A DNA stretch of 64,000 bases, taken from Narcine bancroftii. Taxonomy: Eukaryota. This document shows positions 12,213-27,989 of this stretch, in pieces (position 1 is the stretch's first letter; each line of letters opens with the position of its first letter). The translations under genes and the position numbers were made by a program. Below the pieces are notes generated by a model, which searched no databases, had not been told where the DNA came from, and was given only the letters and a program-made list of their open reading frames with translations. The DNA lies in contig NC_091476.1 in assembly GCF_036971445.1 (NCBI RefSeq), positions 10,354,001 to 10,418,000 of the forward strand. The letters are read 5' to 3'.

Positions 12213-14651
12213 GGAGGAGTCACGCGATGGAGTAGTGGCCGGACGGTGAACTCCAGCCCTCTCCAGAAAAGTCGGGAAAAACAAGAGAAAACACAAAGGC
12301 ACAGAAATAAAAGTTACAGAAAAGTGAGTATAAAGGTGGAAAGAAGATGGCGACAAAAAAAGAAAAGTCGAAAGCAACGGTAAGAAGAGAGGAAGAGAAG
12401 ACAAAGGAGGGAAAAGGTGAAGGCCTTACCTGTCCGAAGAGGCCCGCTGCGGAGAGAGAAACCCGCTCCCTCAGGTCGGTAAATAATGGACTACAAAAAT
12501 GGCTCGCAGAGCCGAACAAAAGTGCGCAACCGCGCATGCGCGAAGTTTCGCGCATGCGCGATGCGAATGAAAAAAAACACACCGACGGGAGGGGGGACCA
12601 GCTGGGGAGTCGATCTCCACAGCCGGCAACGACAGCTGCAGAACACCTGCAGCAAGAAGAGACCACAGAAGACAATAGAAACAAGATAGAAGAGGAGGAA
12701 AGGGCACCAAAGAAACAACAGATGGTCAACCCAGAGGAAGAAGAAGAGGAAGAGTATGGTGAAATAGAAGAAGAAAAGAGAGGCAAGGTAAAGGATATAC
12801 TTGCTCTTATTAGAGGATACATGGAATCATTTAAAGAATGGCAAACACAGGAATTTAAGGATTTAAGAAAAAGAATAAACAACACAGAGGAGAAAATAAT
12901 TAAAATGGAGATGACCTTAACAGAAATGGGAAAAAAAATGGACAAGATGGAAGAGCGGGCAGTAGCAGCAGAAATGGAGGTAGAAGACTTAAAAAAGAAA
13001 TTGGAGAAATCTAATAAAAAAACTAAAGAGACACAAGAACTACTAGCTCAAAAAATAGATACAATGGAAAACCATAACAGAAGAAATAACATAAAGATAG
13101 TGGGCCTTAAGGAAGATGAAGAAGGCAAGAATATGAGGGAGTTTATAAAAGAGTGGATCCCTAAGACCCTAGGATGTCCAGAACTACAGCATGAAATGGA
13201 AATAGAAAGGGCACATAGAGTATTGGCCTCTAAACCACAACCACAACAAAAACCAAGATCTATTGTAGTAAAATTCCTAAGATATACTACAAGAGAAAAG
13301 GTACTGGAGAAGACAATGGAAAAAGTAAGAGAGGGCAACAAACCACTGGAGTATAAAGGGCAAAAAATCTTCATTTATCCAGATATAAGTTTTGAACTCC
13401 TAAAGAAGAGAAAAGAGTTCAATACAGCAAAGGCGATTTTATGGAAGAAAGGGTATAAATTTATACTAAAGCATCCAGCGGTATTGAAAATATTTATTCC
13501 AGGACAACAAAACAGACTATTCGCGGATCCAGAAGAAGCACGAAAATTTGCAGAACAATTACAAAAATAGACTGAGGGAGGAAGACGGGTAATGAGAGTT
13601 AAAATGATCACGACTGATATGTATGTGGGTAAAGACAAAAATAAACTGAGGGATGAAGACGGGTAATGAGAGTAAAAATGATCACGATTGATATGTATGC
13701 AGGTAAAGAGGTATAAGAGTGAATAGAGACAATGAGCATACATGAATGTATCTGTACTTAGAGGAAAATATGGATAGTATAGACAAGAATTAATAAGGGA
13801 AGGTAATGGAATAGAGAGAATAAGGAGGGAATTAAAAGAGGGACCTTTGTGACATATGAAAAGTGAAATCTTTTCTGGGGGAGGCGGGGTGGGGGGAAAT
13901 AGCGGTCACTGCAAAATCAGTTGACGCTTGCGAGTGGATTCGCAAATCCAAATGGAGAGGGGAGATGTGGTTGTCCGACAAGGGATAAAGGACAACTCAG
14001 GAGGTGAAGGGGAGATTGGGGATAAATAAGATAGAAATAGGAGAATAAGGAAAATGTTAGATGTTGTAGGAATGTTGTCTTATAAAGAGTTGAAAATAAG
14101 AAAACAGAAATGGAAAAGGAGGAAAGGTAATGATGGAAAAACGGAAAGAGAAGATAAACAAAATATAAAAGGGCTACGCTGAACTATATGTCTTTAAATA
14201 TTAATGGAATACATAACCAAATTAAAAGGAAGAAACTACCAAATTTAAATGAATAAATGTATTCCATTAGAAAAAATAACATATTGGTTAAGAAATAACA
14301 TTGAAATATTCGAACAAGTATAGGAGCCTTACATTAAATACAATAGCGAAAACCTACCGGGGACAAACATTACCTAAGTTGATGGAAGGAGAAGGAAAGA
14401 AAAGAATGGACTCAGTAGAATTTCTGGTGTAATTTGGTTGAATGACAACATTGTCTGACTGGCTTAATGCAACCTAGATTGTATACCTAAAATGGATGAG
14501 AGGGGGGGGTGGGGGGGTGGTTTGGGAGGAAAGGGGGGGGGGGGGGAGAAAAAGTCACTGTATATGTGTGAAAAGAAATAGTGTATATCATGGCTAATGT
14601 GATTTATGGTGTGAAAAATAAAAAAATTTAAAAAAAAAAACAAAAAAAAAA
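12213..14651 (+). mobile_element. L1-clade element with intact ORF1 and almost all of ORF2 deleted (HAL1-like)
   Basis: 14-bp TSD ACTCCCCAATCTGT (12199-12212, 14652-14665), G-rich 3' UTR, AATAAA and poly(A) tail. Only the extreme N- and C-terminal ORF2 codons remain. Confidence 0.9.
12347..13570 (+). CDS. L1 ORF1p (coiled coil, RRM, CTD; Transposase_22-like), 407 aa, uninterrupted
   Basis: Motifs ENHNRRNNIKIVGLKE, IERAHR, PRSIVVKF and IFIYPDIS; coiled-coil heptads; ATG in AAGATGG context. Confidence 0.92.
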   Translation: MATKKEKSKATVRREEEKTKEGKGEGLTCPKRPAAERETRSLRSVNNGLQKWLAEPNKSAQPRMREVSRMRDANEKKHTDGRGDQLGSRSPQPATTAAEHLQQEETTEDNRNKIEEEERAPKKQQMVNPEEEEEEEYGEIEEEKRGKVKDILALIRGYMESFKEWQTQEFKDLRKRINNTEEKIIKMEMTLTEMGKKMDKMEERAVAAEMEVEDLKKKLEKSNKKTKETQELLAQKIDTMENHNRRNNIKIVGLKEDEEGKNMREFIKEWIPKTLGCPELQHEMEIERAHRVLASKPQPQQKPRSIVVKFLRYTTREKVLEKTMEKVREGNKPLEYKGQKIFIYPDISFELLKKRKEFNTAKAILWKKGYKFILKHPAVLKIFIPGQQNRLFADPEEARKFAEQLQK

Positions 14652-15169
14652 ACTCCCCAATCTGTCATTATTTGTGGTTTTTAGACTCCAGGAAAGTAAT
14701 AGCACAATCAAAGAATTTTGCTGCTACACGGGCAAGTCTATAAAGGAATGTGCAGGAATTTTGAGTCAATTCCTGCTCAGTGATTTATCCTGCAGGACCC
14801 CTACAACTTTTTGGAGGAAGCCTACAATGTAAATTGTACTGGAAAAATTCATTGTCGGTCATCCCTCTACTACACATCCAAACCACCAGGACTGATGCAC
14901 TCAGGTACTTGCAGTCTAAACAGGTGCTCAGTGTGTACGACCACATGAGCAGTATTTTTTTTCAGCGATTTTCCCGACATTACAGTCTAAAAACATTATT
15001 TAAAAATTATTCTGCTTTTCTGGAATTCATCACATTTTCCTCAAATGAGTAATTAAGAGAAAGGATGTGAAGAGGATTCAAGGGAAAAAGGCAACTTAAG
15101 TTAGTGGATGAGAACCTGGCAAATGCAATAAAACTGAAATAAATAGTGCCACTAGAATCCATGAAAAGG

Positions 15170-17645
15170 CTGAGGACCCTGTAATATCTGTCTATGAGGG
15201 CAGCATCAGAACATCATTCAAGAGCAGGAGTCCCCAAACTTTTTAGACCATCGACCAATTCATGGAATATTAGATCCCTCATTGACCCCTAGGCATGGAA
15301 TCCCGACGCTAGACTGTGGGGAGTGGTAGTGGCGCTGCACAGGGGATGGTGGCACTAGATGGGGGAGTTCACAGCGCTGGACAGAGGGTGGTTATGGTGC
15401 TTGATGGAGAGCTGTGGGTGGGGTGGCAGAGCTGGATGGGGTCACTAACATAGGTACAATATATACTTGAGTAATAGTCGATCATGTGTTAAAATTAACC
15501 CTCCCTATTATTTGCCTCAGCCGTATGGCCATCCGCTCTCCTGCACTTCAACTGTGAATCCTCACCCCCAACACCTGCCCATCCTAACTCCCGACTGCAG
15601 ATCCTTGCCCTAACGCTCACCTATCCAAACTCCCGACTGCAGATCCTTGCCCCAATGCCCACCCATATGAACTCCTGAGCGCAGATCCTCACCCCTGCTG
15701 CCCACCAATCCGAACTCCTGAACACAGTTCCTTGCCCTGATGCCATTTGAGCTACAATGCCCCAAACATGAACATACCACTCAGTCCTGACCATCCAATC
15801 TCCCAATGCCTTGAACAGCACAGGTACTTGTGAGGTCAGAAATTTGACACGCATAAAAGTCTTCCCCCTCCCTTCTTTTCCCATAAAAGTAGTCCAAAAT
15901 ATTTTACGATTATGTGTATAAAACATAGAACACATACTTTTTCTGTACTCCTGTTCACTCTAAATTAATTCAAAGGCCAAAATCAAATACAACATGGCGG
16001 CCACCAAAGCCCATTCTCACAAGTGGTTGGCCAACACTTGCATTGATGCTATTTTCAATTGACCCCTCACCCCCAGCATTATTGGCATTGAGTCATATTG
16101 ACATTATCAACCCCCATTCAACCTCTGGCATTTATCAATCCTTTGGATGGACCATCGACCCCCCAGGTGTCAATATAGAACACTTTAGAGACCCCTATTC
16201 AAGAGGATGAGCCTTCACAAGGCGTCTGGACCTAGCAGTATACCTGGCATGGTACTGAAAATCTACACCAACCAACTAGCCGGAGTGTTCATGGACATTT
16301 TCAACCTCTCATTGCTGCTGTCAGAGGTTCCCACCTGCTTCAAAAGGGCATCAATAATCCCAGTAACCAAGAAGCGTAGTGTGAGCTGCCTCAACGACTA
16401 CCACCGAGTCGCACTAACTTCTACTATGATGAAATGTTTTGAGATGCTGGTCAGAGCCACAATTAAAACGTACCTAAGTAAAGATATGGACTCAATGCAA
16501 TTCACCTACCATCACAATCGCTTCACAGCAGGTGCAGTATCACTGGCCCTCCACTCAGCTCTGGATCACCTCGTAAACAGTAATTCATATATACGACTGC
16601 TCTTCATCAAGTACAGCTCAGCCTTCAATACCATTATTCCCTCAGTGCTGGTCAAGAAGCTATAAACACTAGGCTTCTGTAGCCCACTCTGCAACCAGAT
16701 CCTTGATTTTCTCATCAGAAGATCACAGTCAGTACAAATTAGAAACAACATCTCCTTGTCACTGATTATCAGTACAGGTGCACCCCAAGGATGCTGCTTG
16801 TCCCACTGCTCTATTCATTATACACCCATGACTGTGTGGCCAGGCACAATTCCAACGCTATCTACAAATTTTCTGATGACACCACAGTTGTTGGCAGAAT
16901 CACAAACTGCAATGAGGAAGTGTACAGAAGGGATGAAGATCAGCTCGTTGAATGGTGTAATGACAAAAACCTTGAACTCAACGTCAGCAAAACCCAAGAG
17001 ATGATTATGGACTTCTGGGGAACATGATTCACTAGTGGAGGGGGGGGGGGGTCAAGAACTTCAAATTCCTGGATGACAACATCTCCGAGGATCAGTCTTG
17101 GAGCATCCATGTTAATGCAATCACAAAGAAGGCTCGCCAGTGTCTATACTTTGTGAGGTGTCTAAGGAGATTCAGTATGTCACTGAAGGTTCTCGTAAAC
17201 TTCTACAGGTGTACCGTGGAGAGCATTTTGGCTGTTGCCTGGCATGGAGGCACCAACTCTCAGGACAGGAATAAACTCCAGAGGGTTGTTAATTCGGCCT
17301 GCATCATCACAGGCACCAGACTTCACTCCGAGGGCATCTACATGAAGCAGTATCTTAAAAAAAGCAACCTCCACCCTCAAAGAACCCCACCACTCTGTTA
17401 CCATCGGGGGAAAAGGTGCAGGAGCCTAAAGACAAGCACTCAATGGCTCAAGGACAGCTTCTTCCCTGCAGCCATCAGATTCCTGAATAATCAATGACCC
17501 AAAGACACTGCCTTACTTTTCATGCACTAGTATTTTTATTTTTTATATAGTTATGTGATAAGATGGTTATAATATGTTTGCACTATCATGCTGCTGGAAA
17601 AACACCGAATTTCATGACTTGCTCATGACAATAAGTTCTGATTTT
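15170..17645 (+). mobile_element. Rex/Babar-like LINE (degenerate RT), interrupted by a hAT element
   Basis: RT remnants KASGP...LAGVFMDIFNLSL...CLNDYHRVALTS, GAPQG and KFSDD, with frameshifts and stops. The reading frame continues across the 15225-16197 insertion. Confidence 0.85.
15225..16197. mobile_element. Non-autonomous hAT DNA transposon
   Basis: 8-bp TSD TTCAAGAG (15217-15224, 16198-16205). Imperfect TIRs CAGGAGTCCCCAAA / TTTAGAGACCCCTA. Confidence 0.85.
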
Positions 17646-17999
17646 GTGTCATCAGCAAACTTAGAAATGTTACATTTAGTTGCCTTAGCCAAATCATTGA
17701 TATCAGTTGTGAATTGCCGGGTCCCGTGTACCAATGGTACTCCATAAGTTATAACCTGCTGTTATGAGAAAGATGTGTTTATTTCTACTCTTTGTTTTCT
17801 CTCTGTTAACCAGCCCTCAATCAATCCCAGTACATTGCCCCCAATCAGGTTAAATGAGGTATTGAGATGTCCAGCTGAAAGCATGTTTGTATTCTGATTC
17901 TGCCATGTGATTTTTTTCCCCACTGAGTAATTAGAAGTCTCATTGATTTTGTGAGTGAAAAATAATGTGTGAATATTGAGTTCTTTCCTGACAGCTGAA

Positions 18000-18570
18000 C
18001 TAAGCTTCTTCTTCTCAGGCAGTCACTCAGAATGAAGTATAATTTTGCTTGCATCATAGTTTTGTGGGTTCTCAGAAGACTGATTAGTCTTACCTCGGGT
18101 TCACAGCTTCGGTTACAAGCTAGCCAGGTTGGGCTTGATGAAGAAGGCAGGTGACTTGTCTGGATTCTTGTGCGTATTTTTCTTCTTCTACACACGTGCT
18201 CCCTGTGGAGAGCCTGCATGTGCTTGTTCTTGTCCTTGTTATTTCTAACTTATTAGGTGGCCTTTTCTACTTCTTGTCCAGTTGGGTTAGTGCCAGGATT
18301 GTAGTAAGTAGTCTGCTGTGGATTGCAGTCAAGGACAGATAATCCAAAGATAAACTCTGGACTGAGGAGATCTTCAAAATGCTTTTTCCAACAAGTACTG
18401 AGATCCTTGCTGCCCTTAATTGGTTTGGTGAAACTTGTTACACATTTGAAAGCAACAGTGTCATTATCAATCAAAGCACAAATGAGGGTTGGTAGCTTGC
18501 AGAATTTTGAAGTGGAAAATTTGCCGATGTATTGCCTGAATTCATAGTGCTGTCAAGGGAACTAAAGAAT
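18000..18570 (-). mobile_element. Old RTE-like LINE fragments
   Basis: Remnant C-terminal cysteine/histidine motif ACNRSC...LISLLRTH and a short (AGA)n tail. Confidence 0.5.
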
Positions 18571-18899
18571 CAAGAGCGCTGGTTTAAGTTGTTTTTAATT
18601 AAAATATATGGTTGTTGTTGCTGAAGCTGGTTTGTTGGGGAATTTGAAAATAGATGGCAGTGGGAATTATAGATGGAACCGATAGGAGGCAAGGAGGTGG
18701 TACTCATGATGGGTTGAACCACGCTCACAATCTTCTGCCGTTTCTTGCAGTCTTAAATGGAGTAGTTCCAGTACCCCACAGGATACAGTACTTTCAATGG
18801 TGCATCTGCATATTATTCGAACTCATGTGTTCTAATTCTGCTTAATAACCTCTTGCTGAAAGTCCAAATATACAGCATCCTCTGGTTCTCTCATCTTTC

Positions 18900-22270
<3,371 letters not shown>

Positions 22271-23719
22271 CTCTCATCTTTCAGGGAACCACAATCTCAA
22301 TTTCTCTGTCATTTCTTGTTTTCCCCAATACAAGTTCTCCTGTCTCAGTCTCTAAGGAAACATACATATCCTATGTACATACCAAAAGAAGCTTTTACAC
22401 TCTATACAATGCCATCATTTTGAAGTCCTGACTGGTGCATATTGAAGAGTCTCTATATCTCTACATTGCAATAAAGACATCAGAACACATTTTCAATATT
22501 CTAATAAGCAGGAAATATCACATTGGTTATAATGCTCCTGTGCCTTCTTATTTAAACTTTTTCCTGGGATTAATAGCCACACTTTCAATGGATATATTTT
22601 GCTCCAAGCATCCCACCCTTGTGTGAATGGAGGTTGAAATATATAACAAACTTTTGAGTGGCACAAGAACATGGTAGCATGGTAGCAGTCAAGGTACCAG
22701 ATAGGCACCACATGAAAGACCTTCATGTGGTTGCAGACCACCTGAGCTTTGATGATGGTCCATCAATTTAATGAGAACTCCAAACTGGATGGTCACATCT
22801 GTACAGTCTAGTAAACAGTGCAACAAATGCAGCAAGCTGCCAATCTAAACAGCTGTTCATTTTTCTAGTGTCTCTGGTGATGAAATTGCAGTAAACTCCA
22901 GCACTTCAGCCAATGGTTCTATATTCGTGTGTTGTATTATGAGCAGTTGATAGCAGGATTCCATGCACATTAATGGCAGAAATATCATGAAGCATAAAGC
23001 TTAAAGACAGTGCTCGCTTTCATTCGGCAGTACAGAATTACTGTCAAGCATAGCAGACAGCATCTTCTGTCAGGAGTTGCTACAAGTTGTGAGAACCAAG
23101 ACCATGCTGTTCTTGAAACTCATGCAAGATGTGTTGCTGAAGTCTGTAGATTACAGGTCATGTGAATAGTCACAAGCAGGCTGTAAAATGGGATGCTAAA
23201 CCATATAAAAAGGCTCATGCCCATCTGCATATGGGCTTTCTTGCAGAAAGACCCTGTTGTAAGTCACAACAGGTCTTCTTGTGCAACAGAGCACCCACTT
23301 TGCAATGCGAATAAAGTTGTGTTGCACTCACACTTCTTTATATTTGATCAAAGTTATTAATTCAGTCCCCATTCTGCTCTTCCCTGACTTCCATCTCACA
23401 ATGATCAAATGTTGCTGTTTATCCCTCTTTTCCTCTGTGGACATGACCACTACCCACTACAAAATGCATTCATTCACAGGAAATAAAATTCTCCTAAAGT
23501 TATCTCACAGGAGTCTTTTATATAGCTGACAAAAAAAAAAGTCAAAAGGAATAAATTAAAAGCATCAATTTGAACTGAAAATTGTATTTGGAATTTATAT
23601 TTGACCTTTTTATACTTACATATTTCAAGCATGTCAATTATTTTTCAATTGTAAACATATTTTAAAAGTAATGGTTTACATATGAATCATTTTGTAGGAC
23701 CTAGAGATGTTTGATTTCT

Positions 23720-24880
23720 GACAGTTCTCAGGCAGGATATACTTGGCAGTCTTAGGTAAATTAACAACACTGATCTCCCAGAGAAGCTAAAGGTGTTGGT
23801 CTCCAGTTTGGTCTGCTACCACAACTCATGTGACCATTAACACGAGATGAGGCATCTCTATCAAAATGCTGGGGAAATGGAGAGACTGATTAGCTCACAA
23901 ACAAGGAAGTGGTTCAAACTATCCAGATGTCTTAGTAGGGTGGAGTTTTATGGGGATGGAATCCTGTTTGTTGCCATTATCTTGCCTTATGGAGGCATAT
24001 AAATGCACCAAAGTGAGGCTGGAGATGATGCTCAGAGAATAACAGGTCCTGAGCAGAAGAGGTGCTGCCCAAGCCTTATCAACAGGCAGAAAATGGAAGC
24101 CAGCTGCAGCAGAATGGAATGGAAAATCAACACTCTGACTTGGGTAATGTGCAACAAGAAAGAGGGGGCTTTGACAGAAACAAAGAAATCCACATGGCAA
24201 AAGGGCAGTGCAGTTGGCAAGCAGTTAGTTTTATAGCGCCAGGGATCAGGACCGGACTGGGGTTCAAGTTCCACACTGTCTGTGAGGAGTTTGTACATTC
24301 TCCCCATGTCTGCATAGGTTTTCTCTGAGGCTCCGGTTTCCTCCCACCATTCAAAACTGAGATGTCTAGCAGTCGAACTCAAAGGAAAAAATAACTTTGA
24401 ATGTCCTGCCGTCAAACACCCAGAACCCACGCACCCTTCCATGCCTAAAACCTTTTATTCAGGAGGGAATATGTCAAAGGACCCATTCCTCCTCATTGTG
24501 AGACATAGGCCAATTGAACACAACCAGAGACTGGAAATTTCTTGTGGACCTCAGCCAGCGACACATCTCTTGACCGGAAATTGCCAGCACCAACCTAAGA
24601 CCAGATCTGATACTTTCGTCCAGCTCTCAGCAGATTGTCTTCATTTTTGAGCTGACAGTTCCTTGGGAGGGTACAATGGATGAGGCACAAGAACAAAAAG
24701 CATGACATTATACTAACCTTGCCGCAGAAACAGAAGAGCGAGGCTGGAAAGTGAGGGTGCGCCCCATTGAAGTAGGTTGTAGAGAATTTGTTGCCAAATC
24801 CATGACCAAGCTTCTGAGGGAAGTAGGAATCATAGGGTAGATCCTCACAAAGGCAATTAAATCCCTATCCAACTCAGCTG
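23720..24880 (+). mobile_element. Degenerate RLE-type non-LTR retrotransposon (Hero-like) 3' part
   Basis: Remnants YKCTKVRLEM, STGRKWK and GNVQQERGG, plus the restriction-like endonuclease RPDLIL...FELTVPWE...Y.NLA...GW...PIEVGCR (about 24598-24840). Start approximate. Confidence 0.7.
24200..24358 (+). mobile_element. tRNA-derived V-SINE (HE1-like) inserted in the RLE element
   Basis: B-box-like GGTTCAAGT followed by a V-domain-like GTTTGTACATTCTCCCC...CTCCGGTTTCCTCCCAC. Confidence 0.7.
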
Positions 24881-25086
24881 AAATGTGCATCCATTTGCAA
24901 AATGTGTCCCAAGGAATCAGAAAAGCCTAAGAGAGCTCAGAATATTAGGTAAGTTATTTTTTGGGTCTGGGAACACTCAAAAATTTCTCAAATATAAATT
25001 CATGGTAATTGCTTCTTCGTTTTACACTATTTGGCTTATGAAAGGTTTCATAGGGACACTACTTTTGGATAGTGGGGGAATACCTA

Positions 25087-25268
25087 TACTTGGACTGACA
25101 CTGAATATAGAACAAAAGCGAGAATTAAAAAGTCTATGTTTAACCCTGTTCTTGGACTGACACTGAATACAGAACAAAAGTGGGAATTAAAAAGTCTACG
25201 TTTAACCCTGTACTTGGACTGACACTGAATACAGAACAAAAATGGGAATTAAAAAGTCTACGTTTAAC
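25087..25268. repeat. 62-bp tandem repeat, about 2.9 copies
   Basis: CTTGGACTGACACTGAATA recurs at 25089, 25151 and 25213. Confidence 0.9.
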
Positions 25269-26173
25269 ACAGAAAGATTTGCGTCTGAAGAGCAACTATC
25301 TGACACAAAATCAAAAAGTGGAAGTAAGACTAGAATGCAGCATTACTGGATGTGGCAATAAAAAATGACACATCAGGACCAGAACTTCAAATCACAAACA
25401 TCAAGAGGCAAGATTGAATAAAACTGGGCAGCTGCTTAAAATAAGACAAAATTAATACAAGCATCGATGTTAAGTCAGAGAGAAGATACCACCAAAAGCA
25501 AATGAAAAACAACAGGAATTGGACATGGATAGAGGTGAATCAAGCAAAGCCCTAGATAGTGACTTCACACTCATTGTGTGCTGGATTGTAGTTACAGGAG
25601 AGATTGCATTCATAATTGCTGCACACTTCTTTCATTATAATGCACAGGAAATCACAAACTGGCTTGCAAAGAAATAGGAAATCCCCATACTTGAGAATTT
25701 TACATTTTTATCTCCAAAGAAAACTAAAGAGCTCTACCTTGATGCACAGAACTTAAAATGCACAGAGAAAATTCCATGACAAATCATACATACAATTTTT
25801 ACAACACTCAATATAGTCTGTATTCTATTTCGGCAAACATCTGATATCCAAAAATGATACCTTAGGTATTCTACAATATCCAAAATTCATAGCTGTCCAC
25901 AAATGTACATGTATATAGTGCTCCATGTAACTTTCAACTCCTAATATATACACAGTCTATGAATATGTGTACAGAGCATTTCAGAACTCTGACTATACAT
26001 ACAATGCTACATTAAAAAAATCCAAATAAAGATTATCAAAAGAGAACAGACAAATTGAGACAAAATAGGTATTAGTTTTCAAACTAAAAACACTGCTGGA
26101 TCAACTCATCAGGTCAAGCAGCATGAATGAGAGAAAATAAAAATTCAACATTTTGAGCTGAAGCCCCTTAGAG

Positions 26174-27842
26174 ATGGTGCAGCATTTCCGCTATTTCTTG
26201 GAGGGGAGGACTTTTACCACTTTCACTGACCATAAACCCCTCACTCAGTTGCTCACAGTGGCAAAGGATCCATGGTCGGCCTGCCAGCAGCATCACCTCC
26301 CCTTCATGTCGGAGTTTACCACCGACATTTGGCACAAAGCGGGGATGGACAACGTGGTGACCGATGCACTCTCACGACTGGCCATCTGTGTGCTGACACC
26401 CGGCCTCGACTTTGACCAGCTTGCCCGGGACCAGAAGTCCGACGAGGAGACGCGAGCCTTCAGGACTGTGGTACCATCCTATGTGATGTCTCCATGGGTA
26501 CCCCGTGGCCAGTCGTTCCCCAGCTGTGGTGCAGGCAAGTCTTCCATCACTTCAACAACTTTTCACACCCGTCCATCAGGTCCACGGTCCGTATGGTGGC
26601 AGAGCGGTTCGTCTGGCATGGGCTGCGGAAGCAGATCGTGGGCTGGGCCAGAACATGCACCCATTGCCAGATGCCCAAGGTGCAGAGGCACACCAGGGCG
26701 CCCGTGCAAGTGTTCAAGTATGTCCGGGAACGGTTCAGCCACATTCACGTGGTCATACTCTGGCCCTTACCAGTTTCCCAGGGCAACCGTCACCTGTTCA
26801 CGGTGGTAGGCCGCACCGCTCGTTGGCCTGAGGCGATCCCAATGGCGGATGCCTCCACTGACTCCTGCTCCTGAGCGCTGTTGCACGGTTGGATCGCCCG
26901 GTTTGGTGTTCCGAATCACCACACCAGCAATCGGGGTGCCCAGTTCACCTCTGCGCTCTGGGCACAGCTTGCCAACAGGTTGCCAACAGGTTGGCGATAG
27001 AGCTACACCGCTCCACGGCCTATCACCCACAGGCCAATGGGCTGGTCAAGCATCTGCACCGCCACCTTAAGTCGGCACTTATGGCCCAACTCACCGGTCC
27101 CGACTGGGTGGACGAACTGCCTTGGGTGCTCCTGGGCATCCACTCTACGCCCAAGGAGGACCTGCAGGCGTCATCAGTTGAGCTGGTCTCCGGCACACTG
27201 CTGGCACTGCCCGGGGAGTTCATCAACGCACCTCACAACCCCCAGCAGTCGCCGCACAAGGTACTTCCCCACCTCCGGGCCCACTTGGACTCCTCCGCAC
27301 CTCCACCGCCATCCAGACACTGCAATATTACATCCCCAGCGAGCTGCACTCTGCAGAGTACGTTTTTATTTGGTGGGGCCCGCCCGCGGCACCTCTGCAG
27401 AGACCTTACGAGGGGCCGCACAGGGTTGTCCAGCGTTCAGCGTCTACGTTCACGCTGCACATCAGCAGCAGGTGGGAGCTGTTCACTGTGGACAGGCTGA
27501 AGCCAGCTCCCCTCGACCCCACCGAACGAGTGATTGTGGCCCATCCCAAGAAGCGAGGCCGCCCAGCTAAGAAGGACATTGGCCCCGCTTGTAATCCACG
27601 TGGCGGGGCAGCCGGCCAAAATGGCACTGTCGGGAGGGGCAGGGGGGGTGGTTTCCCCTTCTTCTCGGCCCTGGGCTCAGAAGCCCGCGACGGGGACCAC
27701 ATGACACCCAAGTGGCGTCGGCACCCCCAGTGCGGTTCTCAGCCGGGTCCGGGCTGGGAGTACAAGTGCAGCCCGGCAGCCCCCAATGAACCAGTTTTTC
27801 TGCTCACTGAGCTCAACCCGTCTGGTTGTGTGTGTTCTTTCA
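26174..27842 (+). mobile_element. Gypsy/Ty3 LTR retrotransposon remnant (RNase H, integrase, probable 3' LTR)
   Basis: FTDHKPLT and NVVTDALSR (RNase H), HHCC-like zinc module, and YHPQANGLV (integrase core). Frameshifts include an 11-bp duplication at 26969-26990. Putative LTR from about 27590 (TGT) to 27842 (CA). Confidence 0.85.
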
Positions 27843-27989
27843 GGAAAAGTGGAGCTGCCATTAAAGTCGTGGACTTTCCACCAAAAATACTCATCTTGAT
27901 GAATGGAGAGATAGATTTACCACACAATAAATTCACGTTCACCTCCTTCCTCATGGAATATTGAGGCACATTCAACCAATCTCTTCTAC

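Noticed and set aside
12220-12945. 241-aa antisense ORF over L1 ORF1 (ORF0-like?)
   Set aside because: It is a Ser/Phe/Leu-rich mirror of the purine-rich sense strand, with no independent support.
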